Shown here: one piece after another, positions 20,279-29,497 of the stretch
Numbering within the stretch: the stretch's first letter is position 1
Layout of the letters: each line of letters opens with the position of its first letter
NCBI GenBank assembly: GCA_910579115.1
Contig: CAJTSO010000002.1
Span: 7,040-71,039 of the forward strand
Source of the DNA: an uncultured Selenomonadaceae bacterium
GTDB lineage: Bacteria > Bacillota > Negativicutes > Selenomonadales > Selenomonadaceae
Reading direction: 5' to 3'
Length of the DNA stretch: 64,000 nt
Program-made: the position numbers and the translations under genes
Notes under the pieces: model-generated
Seen by the model: only the letters and a program-made list of their open reading frames with translations
Database searches by the model: none
What the model was told of the DNA's origin: nothing

Positions 20279-20788
20279 TTAGTTATCGGCCATCATATCG
20301 GCCATAATTTCTGTATCTTCTTCGGAGAACAGCTTTTGCCAATCCAGCAACATGGTGGCTTTTTCACCGTTCTCACCAGATTTACCAATGCCACTGATGC
20401 AACGATTATGCGCTGCTTTCAGCTTTGGCGGAAGTACGACTGAACCCTCGGGGATAGTCAAAACCTCTGCCACACTGTCCACAATAACCCCAACCATGAT
20501 ATCAATCATGTCGACAACTATCACACAGGTTCTGTCATGATAGGGCAGGAACTCCTTTTGAAATCTAAGACGCATATCCACAATGGGGATTATCTTTCCA
20601 CGAAGGTTGATTATCCCCCGAAGGTATTCCGGAGTTTCCGGAATACTGGTAATCGGCAGGATTCCGATAATTTCAATGACGGCCTTTATATCTATGCCGT
20701 ACATTTCGTCACCAACCGCAAAGGTGAGATATTTGTCCTTTTGAGTATCCTCGGTAATTGCCAACAGCGCCTTTTCGTCTTCGGTCAT
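20279..20788 (-). CDS. cheW: chemotaxis coupling protein CheW
   Basis: 169 aa with the CheW fold signature ([15 protein letters not shown]...[15 protein letters not shown]). Confidence 0.92.
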   Translation of the reverse strand: MTEDEKALLAITEDTQKDKYLTFAVGDEMYGIDIKAVIEIIGILPITSIPETPEYLRGIINLRGKIIPIVDMRLRFQKEFLPYHDRTCVIVVDMIDIMVGVIVDSVAEVLTIPEGSVVLPPKLKAAHNRCISGIGKSGENGEKATMLLDWQKLFSEEDTEIMADMMADN

Positions 20789-20806
20789 AAAAGTTTCACC
20801 TTCTTT

Positions 20807-22939
20807 TTATGATAAAAGAGTCTTTGCCATATCCCCGGCGTCGAGGATGAGACTGATGCTTCCGTCGCCCAGGATAGTGCAGCCTGCAATGCCACAGGAA
20901 TTGGACATTCGTTGTATATACTTTGGAACTGGTTTTACAACTATATCCTGAACGCCAAGCAACCTGTCGGCAAACAAACCTATAACGCGCCCGTCTGCCT
21001 CTACAAGCAACAGTATACCGTTTTCCAATTCAGTTTCGGCATCTGGAACCTTGTACAGCGCACCAAGGCGAACAACGGGGAAAATCTCTCCCCTGACCAT
21101 TATCATTTCTCCGTGATCCGGGTCGTGAACTATCTGATCCAGCGCAGGCCGGAAGGACTGCCTGATAGAATTTATCGGCACGGTGTATCTTGCGCTTCCG
21201 ACAGCAATCGACATACACTCAATAATCGCCAAAGTCAGCGGTATTTTCAGAGTAGTAACAGTTCCCTGTCCTGGGGTACTATCAACCACAACCGTCCCCC
21301 CCATGGCTTTGATATTAGACGTAACAACATCCATACCAACACCACGTCCTGAAAATTCGGTGACCTTTTCATTAGTCGAGAAGCCTGCATGGAAAATAAA
21401 AGAATAAATTTCTTTGTCAGTAAGTTCCTCCTCCGGTTTAGTGAACAGCTTATTTGCCCGGGCTTTATTTAGGATCTTTTCCCGGTCAAGCCCGGCGCCG
21501 TCATCAGTGATTTTGATTAAAACCTCGCCACTGGCATTCGCTGCCGACAAGGTAACCGTACCAGTTTCATCCTTGCCGCTACCGACCCGGACATCAGGCA
21601 TCTCAATGCCATGGTCAATGCTGTTACGGATAATATGCATCAGGGGATCCCCGATGTGCTCAATAATGTTCTTATCTACTTCTGTATCTTCACCAATCAG
21701 TACAAGTTTGGCTTTCTTATTTAATCGCTTGGTCATGTCCCGAACGATACGGTTCATCTTCATGAAGGTAGCTTCCAGGGGAACCATACGAAGCTCCATA
21801 ACGCTGTCCTGCAATTCGTTCGCGACCTTGTGGAGCTGCCGGGATGCCTTCTGAAAATTCTCAAGCTCCTGATTGGCAACATCAGGATTATGAGTAACCA
21901 TCGCCTCAGCTATAACCAATTCGCCGACAAGATCCATGAGCCTGTCCAGCTTGTCCACAGCAACACTTATCAGTTGCTGCTGATCGTGCTTCAACGGCTT
22001 TGGCCTCGGTTTTGGTTCCGGCTTGGCTGGGGTTATTGGCTCAGACGATGATTCCGCCGTCTGAACAGCTTGCTGCACAAGCGATGGCCAATATTCACAC
22101 TCAGAAACATCCTTTAGTTTCCTTAGCTCCAAGGAATCCAAAAATATCGTTGTATCCAAGTGTTTTTTTATGTCCGCTTCATCCAGCTTGGTAGTAAACC
22201 ATAACTTAAAGCCATCCTGCTGAATCTTGTCCGCGGAGGCATCATCCTCCAAAATTTTGTCAGGAAGATGATGTACTTCAATCACTTTATCCTTGAGTGC
22301 ATTCAGTACGCCGAAGGCACGGACTTCCTCCATACCGCAATCCGGTTCAAACCGCAAATGGGCAAAAAAGACATTTTCGCCAGGCGAATCAGCAGGTTTT
22401 GTAGCTGCCGGTATAAAGTATTGCTGGGGTTTTGATTCTTTGGCAGGTTCAGGAGCCACCGCTCCACCTGCAGCCCCCCCAGCGGCCTTCTTTTGACCGT
22501 TGACTTTCCGTAAATCAACATCCGGGTCATCTCCATTAGCTTCCTTAAAAGCCCTTAGAAACGAACGGGTCGATTCGCAAAATTCATCACTGCTTGCATC
22601 TGCCTTTTCACCAGCGTCAATCTTTTCGATTTCGCCCCCCATGAAGTCAACAGCCGAAAGCACCAAGTCGGTAACAGCGGAGCAATCAATGTTCTGTGGC
22701 TTTCTCTCACGGATATAAAAGAACACATCCTCTACTGAGTGAGCAACCATCGAAACATTGCTTACCATCATCATCGCCGCAGACCCCTTTATCGTATGAA
22801 GTCCACGGAAAAACTCATTTACATCATCCGGGTCAAAACTTTGAGTCTGTTCACTCTTTAAAGCCAACTGCTCCAGCTGTTCCAAAAACTGGCGGGTCTC
22901 AAAGATGAACATGTCTAGCATTGGCTCATGCTCAGCCAC
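20807..22939 (-). CDS. cheA: chemotaxis histidine kinase CheA (HPt, linker, P2-like, dimerisation, HATPase, CheW-like)
   Basis: HPt LHTIKGSAAMM, HATPase motifs (HIIRNSIDHGIE, DDGAGLD, GRGVGMDVV) and a C-terminal CheW-like domain. The ORF extends to a TTG at 22981. I prefer the GTG at 22939 (GAGGAA 9 nt upstream) or the ATG at 22921, but the start is uncertain. Confidence 0.9.
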   Translation of the reverse strand: MAEHEPMLDMFIFETRQFLEQLEQLALKSEQTQSFDPDDVNEFFRGLHTIKGSAAMMMVSNVSMVAHSVEDVFFYIRERKPQNIDCSAVTDLVLSAVDFMGGEIEKIDAGEKADASSDEFCESTRSFLRAFKEANGDDPDVDLRKVNGQKKAAGGAAGGAVAPEPAKESKPQQYFIPAATKPADSPGENVFFAHLRFEPDCGMEEVRAFGVLNALKDKVIEVHHLPDKILEDDASADKIQQDGFKLWFTTKLDEADIKKHLDTTIFLDSLELRKLKDVSECEYWPSLVQQAVQTAESSSEPITPAKPEPKPRPKPLKHDQQQLISVAVDKLDRLMDLVGELVIAEAMVTHNPDVANQELENFQKASRQLHKVANELQDSVMELRMVPLEATFMKMNRIVRDMTKRLNKKAKLVLIGEDTEVDKNIIEHIGDPLMHIIRNSIDHGIEMPDVRVGSGKDETGTVTLSAANASGEVLIKITDDGAGLDREKILNKARANKLFTKPEEELTDKEIYSFIFHAGFSTNEKVTEFSGRGVGMDVVTSNIKAMGGTVVVDSTPGQGTVTTLKIPLTLAIIECMSIAVGSARYTVPINSIRQSFRPALDQIVHDPDHGEMIMVRGEIFPVVRLGALYKVPDAETELENGILLLVEADGRVIGLFADRLLGVQDIVVKPVPKYIQRMSNSCGIAGCTILGDGSISLILDAGDMAKTLLS

Positions 22940-23017
22940 AAATCCCACTTCCTCTTGTGTAAAATTTGCTTTTACCAGCAAAAATGGTACAAAAACCCGT
23001 TAGGCACCACTACTGAG

Positions 23018-23046
23018 ATTTTATCAGTCTTTCCAGTCACTTTCAA
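23018..23046 (-). promoter_or_regulatory. sigma-70-type promoter upstream of cheA
   Basis: Minus strand reads TTGAAA, 17 nt, TAAAAT, within the 230-bp AT-rich gap between ilvD and cheA. I saw no FliA-type (TAAA-N15-GCCGATAA) motif. Confidence 0.4.
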
Positions 23047-23211
23047 GTTAAAATATACAGTATTTTTATTTCATGACTTTTGTCCCAACATTTCCATTTA
23101 ATAATACAAATGTAACATTAAAAACCGGTTTTCAACAGCATTTTTTGCCTAAATATTAGGGCTTTTCCAAAAAATAATGCCTGTGCAATTCCAATTAAGA
23201 TAAAACTAATA

Positions 23212-24870
23212 TCAGTCTGCTGTCACTACAGCGCCAGTATTAGCGGAAGTTGTGAGTTTTGCATAACGGGCGAGATAACCGATTTTAATCTTAGGCTCCG
23301 GTTTAATCCACGCAGCGCGGCGTTTTTCAATTACTTCCTCTGGAACCTCCAGTTCAAGTTTGCGATTTGGAATATCAATTGAAATCCTGTCACCATCTTC
23401 AATAAGGGCAATCAGGCCGCCCTCCATGGCTTCAGGGGAGATATGTCCAATACAGGCACCCTGGCTTGCTCCCGAGAATCTTCCGTCTGTGATGAGGCCA
23501 ACCTTGAGCCCACGGCCTGTTATAACAGCTGTCGGGTTAAGCATTTCCTGCATACCAGGGCCACCTTTAGGACCTTCATAGCGGATTACAACTACATCGC
23601 CATCAACGATTTTTCCATCCATGATGGCATTGACCGCATCCTCCTCAGAGTTGTAGCACTTGGCGACTCCGCTGTATACAAGCATGTCCTCATTTACAGC
23701 AGAAGCCTTGACTACAGCGTATTTCGGGCACAGATTGCCTTTTAATATCGCAATACCGCCTGTAGCCCTGTATGGATCGTCAACAGAGTGAATAACATCG
23801 TAATTTAGGACTTTGGCATTCTTAATCCTATCACCCAAAGTACCGGTGATAGTCATGGCATCGAGATGCAAAAGATTTTTCTTTGCCAGCTCAGCCATTA
23901 CCGCATTGATGCCGCCTGCTTCATTAAGATCCTGCATATGATGCTTACCAGCCGGGCTGAGTTTAGTAATATACGGCGTTTTCTGACTTATTTCATCAAA
24001 GAGAGGCGGCTCAATAGTAATTCCTGCCTCATGAGCAATAGCCGGAATATGAAGAACGGTATTTGAGCTGCCGCCGATAGCATTATCAACTGTGATGGCA
24101 TTTTCAAATGCTTTTAGCGTCATAATATCACGAGGTTTGATATCATTAGCAATCAAATCCATCACCACAGCTCCCGCCCGCTTTGCAAGGAGACGACGCT
24201 GTCCTGCATAAGCAGCCGGTATAGTACCATTTCCCGGCAGCCCCATGCCAAGCGCCTCTGTAAGACAATTCATGGAATTAGCCGTGAAAAGACCTGCACA
24301 GCTACCGCAGCTCGGGCACGCATTTGCCTCGAGGTCTTCCATTTCCTCCGCGGACATCTGTCCGGCTGCAAATTTCCCTGCCGCCTCAAAGGCCTGACTT
24401 ACGCTAATATCCCGCCCACGGAAGCGTCCGGCAAGCATTGCACCGCCAGAAACAACTACGGAAGGAATATTGAGACGGGCAACTGCCATCAGCATACCGG
24501 GAACAATCTTGTCACAGTTGGGTATAAGAATCAATCCATCAAAGCCGCTGGCAGTAGCAACGGCCTCTATGGAATCGGCAATAAGTTCACGACTGGCAAG
24601 GGAAAATTTCATGCCGGTATGACCCATCGCTATACCATCGCAGACACCAATTGCCGGGAACTCAAAAGGAGTACCACCGGCGGCCGCAACCCCAAGCTTT
24701 GCCGCATCTGCGATTTCACGGAGATGAAGATGACCAGGAATTACTTCATTAAATGCATTGCAGATACCAATAAGAGGTTTTTTCAAGTCCTCCGGGCCAT
24801 ATCCCATAGCATGGAAAAGAGAACGATGAGCACAGCGGGTGGCACCTTTTTTTACAACATCACTTTTCAA
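23212..24870 (-). CDS. ilvD: dihydroxy-acid dehydratase
   Basis: IlvD/Edd family motifs ([16 protein letters not shown]-type [16 protein letters not shown]). The TTG at 24870 (LKSDVVKKG) follows GGGAGG. Confidence 0.95.
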   Translation of the reverse strand: MKSDVVKKGATRCAHRSLFHAMGYGPEDLKKPLIGICNAFNEVIPGHLHLREIADAAKLGVAAAGGTPFEFPAIGVCDGIAMGHTGMKFSLASRELIADSIEAVATASGFDGLILIPNCDKIVPGMLMAVARLNIPSVVVSGGAMLAGRFRGRDISVSQAFEAAGKFAAGQMSAEEMEDLEANACPSCGSCAGLFTANSMNCLTEALGMGLPGNGTIPAAYAGQRRLLAKRAGAVVMDLIANDIKPRDIMTLKAFENAITVDNAIGGSSNTVLHIPAIAHEAGITIEPPLFDEISQKTPYITKLSPAGKHHMQDLNEAGGINAVMAELAKKNLLHLDAMTITGTLGDRIKNAKVLNYDVIHSVDDPYRATGGIAILKGNLCPKYAVVKASAVNEDMLVYSGVAKCYNSEEDAVNAIMDGKIVDGDVVVIRYEGPKGGPGMQEMLNPTAVITGRGLKVGLITDGRFSGASQGACIGHISPEAMEGGLIALIEDGDRISIDIPNRKLELEVPEEVIEKRRAAWIKPEPKIKIGYLARYAKLTTSANTGAVVTAD

Positions 24871-24951
24871 AATAAACCCTACCTCCCACAAAATATATGT
24901 AACACTGTAAACAGTATAATAACGCTTTTATCTAACCATTGCAAGACATAA

Positions 24952-25512
24952 TCAAAATTCGATACCCTGCTGTGCCTTGACTCCTTTTTGGAAAGGATGC
25001 TTTACCAGCCGCATCTCTGTAACGAGATCGGCAGCCTCAGCAACTGACGGCCGAACATCCCTTCCTGTAATTACAAGGTGAATATCCTCCGGCTTCTCTC
25101 TTATCAAGTCCAGTACGCAATGTTCTTCTATCAGGTCGAACTTAACAGCATAGTTAAGCTCATCCAGAATTATCATATCCCATTCGCCGCTATAAATTTC
25201 TTTTTGAGCAGTCTGTAACGCTTTACGGGCTGCTTCACAATGCTCGCTTTTATCCCCACATCGTTGAGTAAATCCCTTACCGCACTGACGAACCTCAATT
25301 CTTCCATCAATGTCCCCCAAGGTTTTCAGGGTTTTTAATTCTCCATATTTCCAACCGCCCTTAATGAACTGAATTATCAATATACGAAGTCCGTCTCCCC
25401 ACGCGCGAATTGCCAATCCCAGCGCTGCGGTTGTCTTTCCTTTCCCGTCACCGGTATGAACGATAACCAGTCCCTTTTTCTCTTGAACAGATTCATTTGA
25501 CATCGTATCCAC
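24952..25512 (-). CDS. cobO: cob(I)yrinic acid a,c-diamide adenosyltransferase (CobA/CobO/BtuR type)
   Basis: 186 aa with P-loop GDGKGKTTAALG and a DE box (ILDELNYA). Confidence 0.85.
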   Translation of the reverse strand: MDTMSNESVQEKKGLVIVHTGDGKGKTTAALGLAIRAWGDGLRILIIQFIKGGWKYGELKTLKTLGDIDGRIEVRQCGKGFTQRCGDKSEHCEAARKALQTAQKEIYSGEWDMIILDELNYAVKFDLIEEHCVLDLIREKPEDIHLVITGRDVRPSVAEAADLVTEMRLVKHPFQKGVKAQQGIEF

Positions 25513-25661
25513 CTCAATAATATAAAAAAATTTATTCTCAAGACTGTATAAATGCTTGAAAGATGATATACTATTGCGGGTTTATTATATCATGTATTGA
25601 TAAAGGTTTCTAATGCGTGATACTAATACAGTATATATTTTATTCAAAGTAAGGTAATTTG

Positions 25662-27293
25662 ATGAAAAAGTTCCTCTCTTTCGTCTTTATTATGTCCGCT
25701 TTTTTCCTCATGTTTATGTATGCTATCGAAAAATCAGACATAGTTCTTTGGGGCCGGGACAATGCCAATGCGGTAATTACCGAGACTGATCATGGACAGA
25801 TACTCAGCTGGGAAAGGCTTCCCTATCCGTGTTACTACCGAATAGATACAATATCTGTTACAAAGGGAAACGACAGCAATAAGCCAATAAGACGAGTAGA
25901 AAAAAGCGAATTTTCCTTATCTCCAAGCTGTAAACTTGAATCCTCTGCCTATCATACCGAATATGTAATTACCCCATATGGTATGTTTGGTGAATTAGGA
26001 CATCCATTTCCACCTGTTGTTAATCCAAAGTATGTACACAAGAATGTACCTGTACTGATAAGCAACTTCACCGCAAAATCACCAGCACCTATCAAACCAT
26101 TTCTTATGTGGCATACGGTACCAACTGCCGCCTGCTACAGGCTTGAACTGCTTGTGACACCACCTGATAAAGAAGACAATACAAGTAATCCCGATAACAG
26201 CGTATACCTGAACGATAGAATTTATACTAACGGATGTCAGATTGATCTCACAGAATTCATCAGAGATAAAGCAGCTATCGGAAAAAAGTACTATTGGCGG
26301 GTACAAGCTCTAAATCTTAATCGAGAACCATTAGGAACTTTCTCGCCTGCCAAGGAACTGTATGTTGACGAATCCCTTCCTGTTCCCGACCGCCCCCAGC
26401 TTATAGAGAATGACAAAACAGTAACCGGCAGAATGCCATTGTATCCAGTCTACAGCTGGATACCTCTTGCGGACAGACAGCTTAATTACGAGGTTGAGCT
26501 CTCTACTCAGCCCTTTGATAAAGACCATGAAAACAGACCAATTGAAAATCCTTTATGGCGTAAACAAGCTAATAATAAAACTTGTCTTTATGATGATCTC
26601 CCAAGAGGAAAGCCTGGTACAACCTACTATTGGCGAGTCAGAGCGCTGGACAAAAACGGAAACCAAGTAGGTCACTACTCTGACACTGCTACCTTCACTA
26701 TTCCAATATACAAGAACCGCCCATTTGCTGCAGCTTTTGGTGACAGCATTACCCACGGAGGCGGCGCAATTTCATATTCTCCTGCTAATCTTGAGTACTG
26801 CTACACCAGCTATCTTGATTTTCCCGCTACCAATGTAGGGAAAAGTGGTGATACCCTGGATACTGCTATTGCCAGATTTGAAGCTGACGTTCTTCCCTTG
26901 CATCCATATAATCTGCTTATCATGGAAGGAACGAACAACCTGCGAAATGATATGAGCACCTCGGACATGTGCAGATATCTTGATTCACTAAGGGAAATCT
27001 GCGAAAAAAATGATATACGTCCAATTTTTTTGACGATTTTGCCGCTAAACCCACAAAGAATTCTCAGTGCTTTTAGTTCTGTTACTTATAACGAATGGGA
27101 CAGCAAGCTTAAAATCGTCAATCAGCATATTCGTACAATGCCCTACTGTATTGATTTGGAACCATATTTTTATGATGCCGAAAACAGATTTTTGGCTCCA
27201 GAGCTTGCTATTGACGGGCTTCATCCAGATGTATCCGGCAAAATGCTAATGGCAAACATCATAAATAAAAATAAACATCTCTTGCGTAAATAA
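25662..27293 (+). CDS. secreted or membrane-anchored SGNH/GDSL hydrolase with three N-terminal repeat modules
   Basis: N-terminal hydrophobic segment (FLSFVFIMSAFFLMFMYAI). The C-terminal part carries block I FGDSITHGGG, block III GTNN and block V DGLHP. The upstream part repeats a W..(L/V)P.A..Y...L ... YYWRV.AL(N/D) module. Confidence 0.7.
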   Translation: MKKFLSFVFIMSAFFLMFMYAIEKSDIVLWGRDNANAVITETDHGQILSWERLPYPCYYRIDTISVTKGNDSNKPIRRVEKSEFSLSPSCKLESSAYHTEYVITPYGMFGELGHPFPPVVNPKYVHKNVPVLISNFTAKSPAPIKPFLMWHTVPTAACYRLELLVTPPDKEDNTSNPDNSVYLNDRIYTNGCQIDLTEFIRDKAAIGKKYYWRVQALNLNREPLGTFSPAKELYVDESLPVPDRPQLIENDKTVTGRMPLYPVYSWIPLADRQLNYEVELSTQPFDKDHENRPIENPLWRKQANNKTCLYDDLPRGKPGTTYYWRVRALDKNGNQVGHYSDTATFTIPIYKNRPFAAAFGDSITHGGGAISYSPANLEYCYTSYLDFPATNVGKSGDTLDTAIARFEADVLPLHPYNLLIMEGTNNLRNDMSTSDMCRYLDSLREICEKNDIRPIFLTILPLNPQRILSAFSSVTYNEWDSKLKIVNQHIRTMPYCIDLEPYFYDAENRFLAPELAIDGLHPDVSGKMLMANIINKNKHLLRK

Positions 27294-27316
27294 TGCAGGA
27301 GATGTTTATTTTTTTA
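27267..27316. terminator. bidirectional terminator shared by the convergent SGNH gene and uvrB
   Basis: Long hairpin AATAAACATCTCTTGC ... GCAGGAGATGTTTATT, flanked by an A-run on one side and a T-run on the other. It overlaps both stop codons. Confidence 0.65.
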
Positions 27317-29368
27317 TTGTTTCCTGACTTCTCTTGTTCCCTGTAGTTCAAAAATTATGTCTCGAAGCTCAGCTGCCCGCTCAAAATTCAAGGCTTTGGA
27401 TGCATCCTGCATCTGCTTTGTAAGAGTCCTTATCAATGCCTCTTTGTCCTTATTTGTCAGCTTCCGTTTCTCCTTTGTCCTTATTTCGTAGTCTGCTCTG
27501 TTATCTGCTGCTATCGATGATTCAGCCTCTGTCACTATTGTTGTTTCGATCAGATCTTTCACCGGTTTAATAACGGTTACAGGCGTAATATTGTGATCAC
27601 TATTGTATTTCTTCTGAACTTTTCTTCTTCGATTAGTCTCCTCGATAGTTCGCTGCATTGATCCGGTAATCCGGTCAGCATACATAATAACATGACCTGC
27701 GGCATTTCTCGCAGCACGGCCTACAGTTTGAATCAATGATGTTTCCGACCGCAGAAATCCTTCCTTGTCCGCATCAAGTATTGCAACAAGGGAGACCTCC
27801 GGCATATCCAGCCCTTCCCTAAGAAGATTTATACCTACTAAAACATCAAACACACCAGCCCTTAAATCTCGGATTATTTCAGCCCTCTCAAAGGTTGCTA
27901 TATCAGAGTGAAGATACCGCACCTTTACGCTTTCTTCTTTGAGGTAATCAGTCAGGTTTTCGGCCATTTTTTTCGTCAGGGTCGTGACTAGAACCCTTTC
28001 GTTTTTAGCAGCGCGTTTTTTTATTTCACTTATAAGATCATCGATTTGACCCTCAAGCGGTCTGACTTCTATTTCCGGATCAACTATTCCAGTGGGTCTG
28101 ATTATCTGTTCGACAACCTGTTGAGCTTTATTCAATTCGTATTCAGCCGGAGTCGCTGAAACATATACAATCTGGTTTATCCTCTCTTCAAACTCTTCAA
28201 ATGTCAAAGGCCGGTTATCAAAGGCCGAGGGCAGCCTGAAGCCATTATCTACGAGGGATATTTTCCTAGAACGGTCACCAGCATACATTGCCTTCAGCTG
28301 TGGCATGGTGACATGTGATTCATCCATTACAATCAGGAAATCATCTGGAAAATAATCCAGCAATGTGTAGGGAGCTTCTCCCGGCTTACGGTGAGTAAGG
28401 TGCCGTGAGTAGTTCTCTATCCCTGAACAATAGCCCATTTCCTCAATCATTTCCAGGTCATAATTGGTTCTTTGCTTTAATCTTTGAGCCTCAACCAGCT
28501 TATTCGCTGCCTCCAGCTCCTGTAACCGTTCATTCAGTTCCTCCTGAATTGAGGCTACGGCTATCTTCAAATCTTCGTCAGCCGTTACATAATGTGACGC
28601 AGGAAAAATCATTGAATGTAACCGTTCTCCATACACATGGCCGCTGGTTATGTCAAATTCTAAAATTCTGTCAACCTCATCCCCAAATAATTCAATACGA
28701 ACCCCCCGATTATTGTATGAGGCAGGAAAAACCTCTACAACATCTCCACGCACTCTGAATTTATCTCTTTCAAAGGCGATATCATTTCGTTCATAATGAA
28801 TAGAAACAAGCTTACGAAGAATATCATCTCTGGATATCTCCTGTCCCTTGTGAAGAGACAAAACCATCTCATGATAGCTTTCCGGCGAACCAAGTCCGTA
28901 TATACATGATACGCTGGCTACAACAATTACATCCCGCCGTTCAAAAAGAGAGCAGGTGGCAGAGTGGCGAAGCTCGTCTATCTCATCATTGATTGAAGCA
29001 TCCTTCTCAATGTAAGTATCGGTTTGCGCTATATAAGCCTCCGGTTGATAATAGTCGTAATAGGAAACAAAGTAACCAACGTAATTATCCGGGAAGAATG
29101 CTTTGAACTCACTTGCCAATTGTGCGGCCAGCGTCTTGTTATGAGCTATCACCAGAGTGGGCTTTTGTACCTTTTCTATCAATTTAGCGATTGTGTATGT
29201 TTTTCCTGTACCAGTAGCACCCAGCAGCACCTGTGCTTCCTGGCCGTTTTCTATTCCCAGCGCCAGATTATCAATCGCCTGAGGCTGATCTCCTGTCGGT
29301 GCGAAAGGCGATGATACTCTAAAGGGTCGGTCTGCCACCGTTTCTATTTTTTCAAAATTCACAGCCAT
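27314..29368 (-). CDS. uvrB: excinuclease ABC subunit B
   Basis: 684 aa with Walker A GATGTGKT, helicase motifs and the C-terminal UVR domain ([11 protein letters not shown]). Confidence 0.97.
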   Translation of the reverse strand: MAVNFEKIETVADRPFRVSSPFAPTGDQPQAIDNLALGIENGQEAQVLLGATGTGKTYTIAKLIEKVQKPTLVIAHNKTLAAQLASEFKAFFPDNYVGYFVSYYDYYQPEAYIAQTDTYIEKDASINDEIDELRHSATCSLFERRDVIVVASVSCIYGLGSPESYHEMVLSLHKGQEISRDDILRKLVSIHYERNDIAFERDKFRVRGDVVEVFPASYNNRGVRIELFGDEVDRILEFDITSGHVYGERLHSMIFPASHYVTADEDLKIAVASIQEELNERLQELEAANKLVEAQRLKQRTNYDLEMIEEMGYCSGIENYSRHLTHRKPGEAPYTLLDYFPDDFLIVMDESHVTMPQLKAMYAGDRSRKISLVDNGFRLPSAFDNRPLTFEEFEERINQIVYVSATPAEYELNKAQQVVEQIIRPTGIVDPEIEVRPLEGQIDDLISEIKKRAAKNERVLVTTLTKKMAENLTDYLKEESVKVRYLHSDIATFERAEIIRDLRAGVFDVLVGINLLREGLDMPEVSLVAILDADKEGFLRSETSLIQTVGRAARNAAGHVIMYADRITGSMQRTIEETNRRRKVQKKYNSDHNITPVTVIKPVKDLIETTIVTEAESSIAADNRADYEIRTKEKRKLTNKDKEALIRTLTKQMQDASKALNFERAAELRDIIFELQGTREVRKQ

Positions 29369-29420
29369 TTTCTCATCCTCCGCATCTGATAATAACTCAA
29401 ACAGGAAAACATTTCAAATC

Positions 29421-29448
29421 GAAAAAGCCGCCGGTTTCCCAGCAGCTT
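29421..29448 (-). terminator. intrinsic terminator after the U32 gene
   Basis: Minus-strand RNA AGCUGCUGG-GAAA-CCGGCGGCU, a 9-bp stem with two G-U pairs and a GAAA loop, followed by UUUUUCG. Confidence 0.6.
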
Positions 29449-29497
29449 GTACGTAACGGAATAATATATTGTCTGTAAATACGCCAACGATCGCCTG

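Noticed and set aside
23121-23132. 12-nt palindrome AAAACCGGTTTT between ilvD and cheA, considered as a terminator or operator.
   Set aside because: It has no loop, only 2 G-C pairs on each side, and no flanking conserved partner. It is indistinguishable from chance in AT-rich DNA.
25513-25658. I looked for a cobalamin riboswitch in front of cobO. I also looked for lysine, SAM or T-box leaders in front of dapB-asd, the metF-like gene and the aminoacyl-tRNA synthetase genes.
   Set aside because: The gaps are too short for those aptamers: 146, 95, 116 and 45 nt or less. I found no B12-box (GCCACTG-like) and no T-box (GGTGGTACCGCG-like) sequence on the relevant strand.
29369-29420. Possible LexA (Cheo) box upstream of uvrB (GAAATGTTTTC).
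   Set aside because: The spacing and half-sites do not fit GAAC-N4-GTTC. The element is 11 nt long with GAAA/TTTC arms. It overlaps what looks like an ordinary TTGAAA-17-TATTAT promoter.
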